Position numbers and translations under genes: made by a program. Shown one piece after another: positions 61,911 to 64,000 of a DNA stretch of 64,000 nucleotides. Source of the stretch: a virus. The stretch covers positions 1-64,000 of IMG/VR virus record IMGVR_UViG_3300002855_000001. One strand, written 5' to 3'. The notes beneath the pieces are model-generated. The model saw only the letters and a program-made list of their open reading frames with translations. It did no database searches and was not told the origin of the DNA. Positions within the stretch are counted from its first letter, which is position 1. The number at the start of each line of letters is the position of its first letter.

Positions 61911-62875
61911 GTGGACATTTCTCCTTTGATAGATGGATGTGATTTGTAGTCTACAATCTCGAAGTCATCAAGTGTTGCATTAACTGTAGTTGTAAATGAA
62001 TCTTTAATGATAAGCTTAGACAGTTTATAAGGTCTGCGTGATAGTTGTTGCTTTACTTGCTCCAGATGATTTAAATAGATATGACTGTCTCCAACAGAGT
62101 AAATCAAATCTCCTACCTCAAGGTCACATTCGTGCGCAATGTGATGAGTTAACAAAGCATAACTTGCAATATTAAAAGGCAAACCCAAGAATACGTCATT
62201 CGATCTCATGTAGAAATGGCAACTCAACTTTCCTTCAGATACATAGAATTGAAATAGTGGATGACATGGGGGCAACACTAAATCACTAGCTATATCTGAA
62301 TCCCAAGAAACAACCATATGTCTTCGTGAGTCTGGTCTGCTTTTAATAGAATGAATAACTTCCTGTAGTTGATCTACTTGCTTTTTTCTCCATTGGTAGC
62401 CATATGTCATTCCCAATTCCGCATACTCATTTGCAAATTCTTCATCATCTTTTACTTTTTGAATATATTCATCATAAGTTAGTATCTGGTGATTCATTGG
62501 TAAAATGTCATCATAAATTTGCTTCTTAACTTTATCTTTATATCCTCTATAGGCATCTTTGTTCCAAATATTGCAGTTTTGCAGCACCAATGGTCGTATG
62601 TTTGTCTCGCCACGAATAAACCATAATAATTCAATTGCAACCATCTTGAACGGTACTTTTTTGGTTGTCAAAAGTGGAAAACCTTCAGAAAGCGGAATTC
62701 TCATTTGATAACCAAATGTTGAAATAGTACCTGTTCCAGTACGATCACTTTTAACAATTCCTTTCTCAAGAATATGTTTAAGTAGTTTTTTGTATTCTTT
62801 ATCTACTGTGTTCTTTGCTGGCAACAGTCTTTTTATTAGTCCATAAACAGACCTGAACAAACTGATAATGCGCAT
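61907..62875 (-). CDS. thyA: thymidylate synthase (ThyA type, with insertions)
   Basis: DRTGTGTISTFGYQMR, FPLLTTKK, YGYQWR, LPPCHPLFQFYV and MRSNDVFLGLPFNIASYALL are canonical ThyA motifs. SD AAAGGAGAA. Confidence 0.9.
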   Translation of the reverse strand: MRIISLFRSVYGLIKRLLPAKNTVDKEYKKLLKHILEKGIVKSDRTGTGTISTFGYQMRIPLSEGFPLLTTKKVPFKMVAIELLWFIRGETNIRPLVLQNCNIWNKDAYRGYKDKVKKQIYDDILPMNHQILTYDEYIQKVKDDEEFANEYAELGMTYGYQWRKKQVDQLQEVIHSIKSRPDSRRHMVVSWDSDIASDLVLPPCHPLFQFYVSEGKLSCHFYMRSNDVFLGLPFNIASYALLTHHIAHECDLEVGDLIYSVGDSHIYLNHLEQVKQQLSRRPYKLSKLIIKDSFTTTVNATLDDFEIVDYKSHPSIKGEMST

Positions 62876-62887
62876 AAAATTCTCCTT

Positions 62888-63481
62888 TTATTGTGTACTA
62901 AAGCTTTCTAATGGCTCATATCGAGGCTCATAATTCTCCCATAGCTCGTCTTCTGGTGTTGACTCAAGCTTATCTATGTCTACACCGATTAGAGCCATTA
63001 TCCATTCTCTCGTGTAGGGTTGTTTAATTTTATATTTATCTTCGTCATTAACATTAAATAACTCCAATGATTTTCTCCAAGCCTTACTTTGAATAGGATA
63101 GAACTTAAAATCTGTATAATAGACAACTATTTTAATATTTTTTGCATTACAAATATCAATAATTTTTCTTTTCTCACTTAAAGATAAGTTTAGTTCATCG
63201 TCTATAATCAAATATTTAGCTTGTTCAAGTTCCTGAAAGAATAGTTCCTTAACTTTTTGTTTGTACTCCTCACCTAGGTAGTAAGGGTCTTTTTTTACTA
63301 ATTCTTCAGGATACTTTACGTTCCAACTTGAGACAAAAACACGCTTATTAATCCAGTCAGACGGGAAACGACCATTACTGGAAGATAAGCAAATACTCCC
63401 TTCATTGTGAAGCATCTTGATTATCACCTCTGTAGTTTTTCCACTCCAACTAAGCCTATTGTGGTATATGACATCGCTCAC
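62888..63481 (-). CDS. P-loop NTPase of unknown function
   Basis: Walker A-like SWSGKTT, Walker B-like YLIIDDE. GTG start with SD AAAGGAGAC. Confidence 0.45.
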   Translation of the reverse strand: MSDVIYHNRLSWSGKTTEVIIKMLHNEGSICLSSSNGRFPSDWINKRVFVSSWNVKYPEELVKKDPYYLGEEYKQKVKELFFQELEQAKYLIIDDELNLSLSEKRKIIDICNAKNIKIVVYYTDFKFYPIQSKAWRKSLELFNVNDEDKYKIKQPYTREWIMALIGVDIDKLESTPEDELWENYEPRYEPLESFSTQ

Positions 63482-63496
63482 TTTTATGTCTCCTTT

Positions 63497-63874
63497 TTAT
63501 AATTTCATAATATGTATAGCTTGGCCATTGAAAAGCTCGTATCTACCTCTTAAAACAATCATGGTACTGCCATCCTTAAACGCTTTTATTTGTGATACTG
63601 TCAAATTATTATCACCAAAAATCCCATCTTTGTTTTTTAGCAAATATTTTTTCATGTTAATTGTATCGTAGATATGTATGTCCATGAATAGCGCATCAAT
63701 ATATCCATTCAAATTACCATCTTGATCATACGTATCCTTGGTGGGATATAAGTGTATAATAGGATTTTGTATGTAACGTTCAAAATGTTGGTCTTGCACG
63801 TACTTACCAAATACATCATCCATGTAATCAACGCTCTTTTGGTGAATTATGAATGAGTTTGTTATTGTTTTCAT
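63497..63874 (-). CDS. hypothetical protein
   Basis: 125 aa, SD GAGGTGAAA. Confidence 0.6.
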   Translation of the reverse strand: MKTITNSFIIHQKSVDYMDDVFGKYVQDQHFERYIQNPIIHLYPTKDTYDQDGNLNGYIDALFMDIHIYDTINMKKYLLKNKDGIFGDNNLTVSQIKAFKDGSTMIVLRGRYELFNGQAIHIMKL

Positions 63875-64000
63875 ATTATTTTCACCTCGTTTTTATATTT
63901 TCAGCCAATAAAAGTATTCTTTCATTGTCTATTTTATATATAAACTTTCTTTTACAATTTGTACCTCTTGATCCTTTAAGTCCTTAAAACTGCTTCTGCC

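Noticed and set aside
58790-63671. Plus-strand ORFs inside the minus-strand replication module (58790-58990, 59219-59416, 61236-61442, 63417-63671)
   Set aside because: All are antisense to strongly supported genes (dnaE, the sigma factor, the 60695-61309 gene, the P-loop gene). They lack SDs and are hydrophobic or low-complexity.
1-64000. CRISPR arrays, tRNA or rRNA genes
   Set aside because: I saw no regularly spaced direct repeats with unique spacers in any intergenic region. I saw no cloverleaf-like segments (GTTCRANNC-type T-arm with a matching acceptor stem) or rRNA-like segments. The only large non-coding region (50.2-51.3 kb) is too AT-rich and unstructured. This was a scan by eye; tRNAscan-SE or Infernal should confirm it.

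Overview
AT-rich (about one-third G+C by eye, not computed) 64-kb segment of a large tailed-phage genome. The host is probably a low-GC Gram-positive: GGAGG-type SDs, frequent TTG/GTG starts, and an amidase endolysin with Cu-amine-oxidase-N-like wall-binding repeats. Bases 1-47.8 kb are almost entirely plus-strand. In order they carry a PhoH tail, a metallophosphoesterase and a ClpP-like protease. Then come terminase, portal, scaffold, capsid and connector/tail genes. A tyrosine recombinase plus Zn-ribbon/PD-(D/E)XK nuclease cassette sits in front of a 2023-aa tape measure, followed by Dit-like and Tal-like tail-tip genes. A roughly 6-kb accessory island follows: a secreted ankyrin protein, two paralogous membrane proteins, an RHH / anti-repressor-like divergent switch, and a NYN RNase. 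Next is a second receptor-binding cluster (PAAR-like, SPRY, discoidin-like, CBM-like, DNRLRE-like proteins), then holin and endolysin. Bases 47.9-53.8 kb look like a plasmid maintenance block. It holds rep-like wHTH genes with a candidate antisense RNA, a 1.1-kb ORF-free AT-rich region, ParA, a small RHH partner, centromere-like repeats and an RHH + coiled-coil protein. Bases 54.1-63.9 kb are a minus-strand replication/nucleotide module: RecU-like resolvase, DnaE-type Pol III alpha, a sigma factor, DHFR, ThyA and a P-loop protein. I saw no tRNA, rRNA or CRISPR array. The best novelty candidates are the phage-plasmid replicon with its putative countertranscript, the accessory island with a conserved anti-SD leader shared by unrelated genes, and the promoter / short terminated leader / second terminator in front of the receptor-binding cluster. 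All family assignments are by-eye motif recognition and need HMM or BLAST confirmation.
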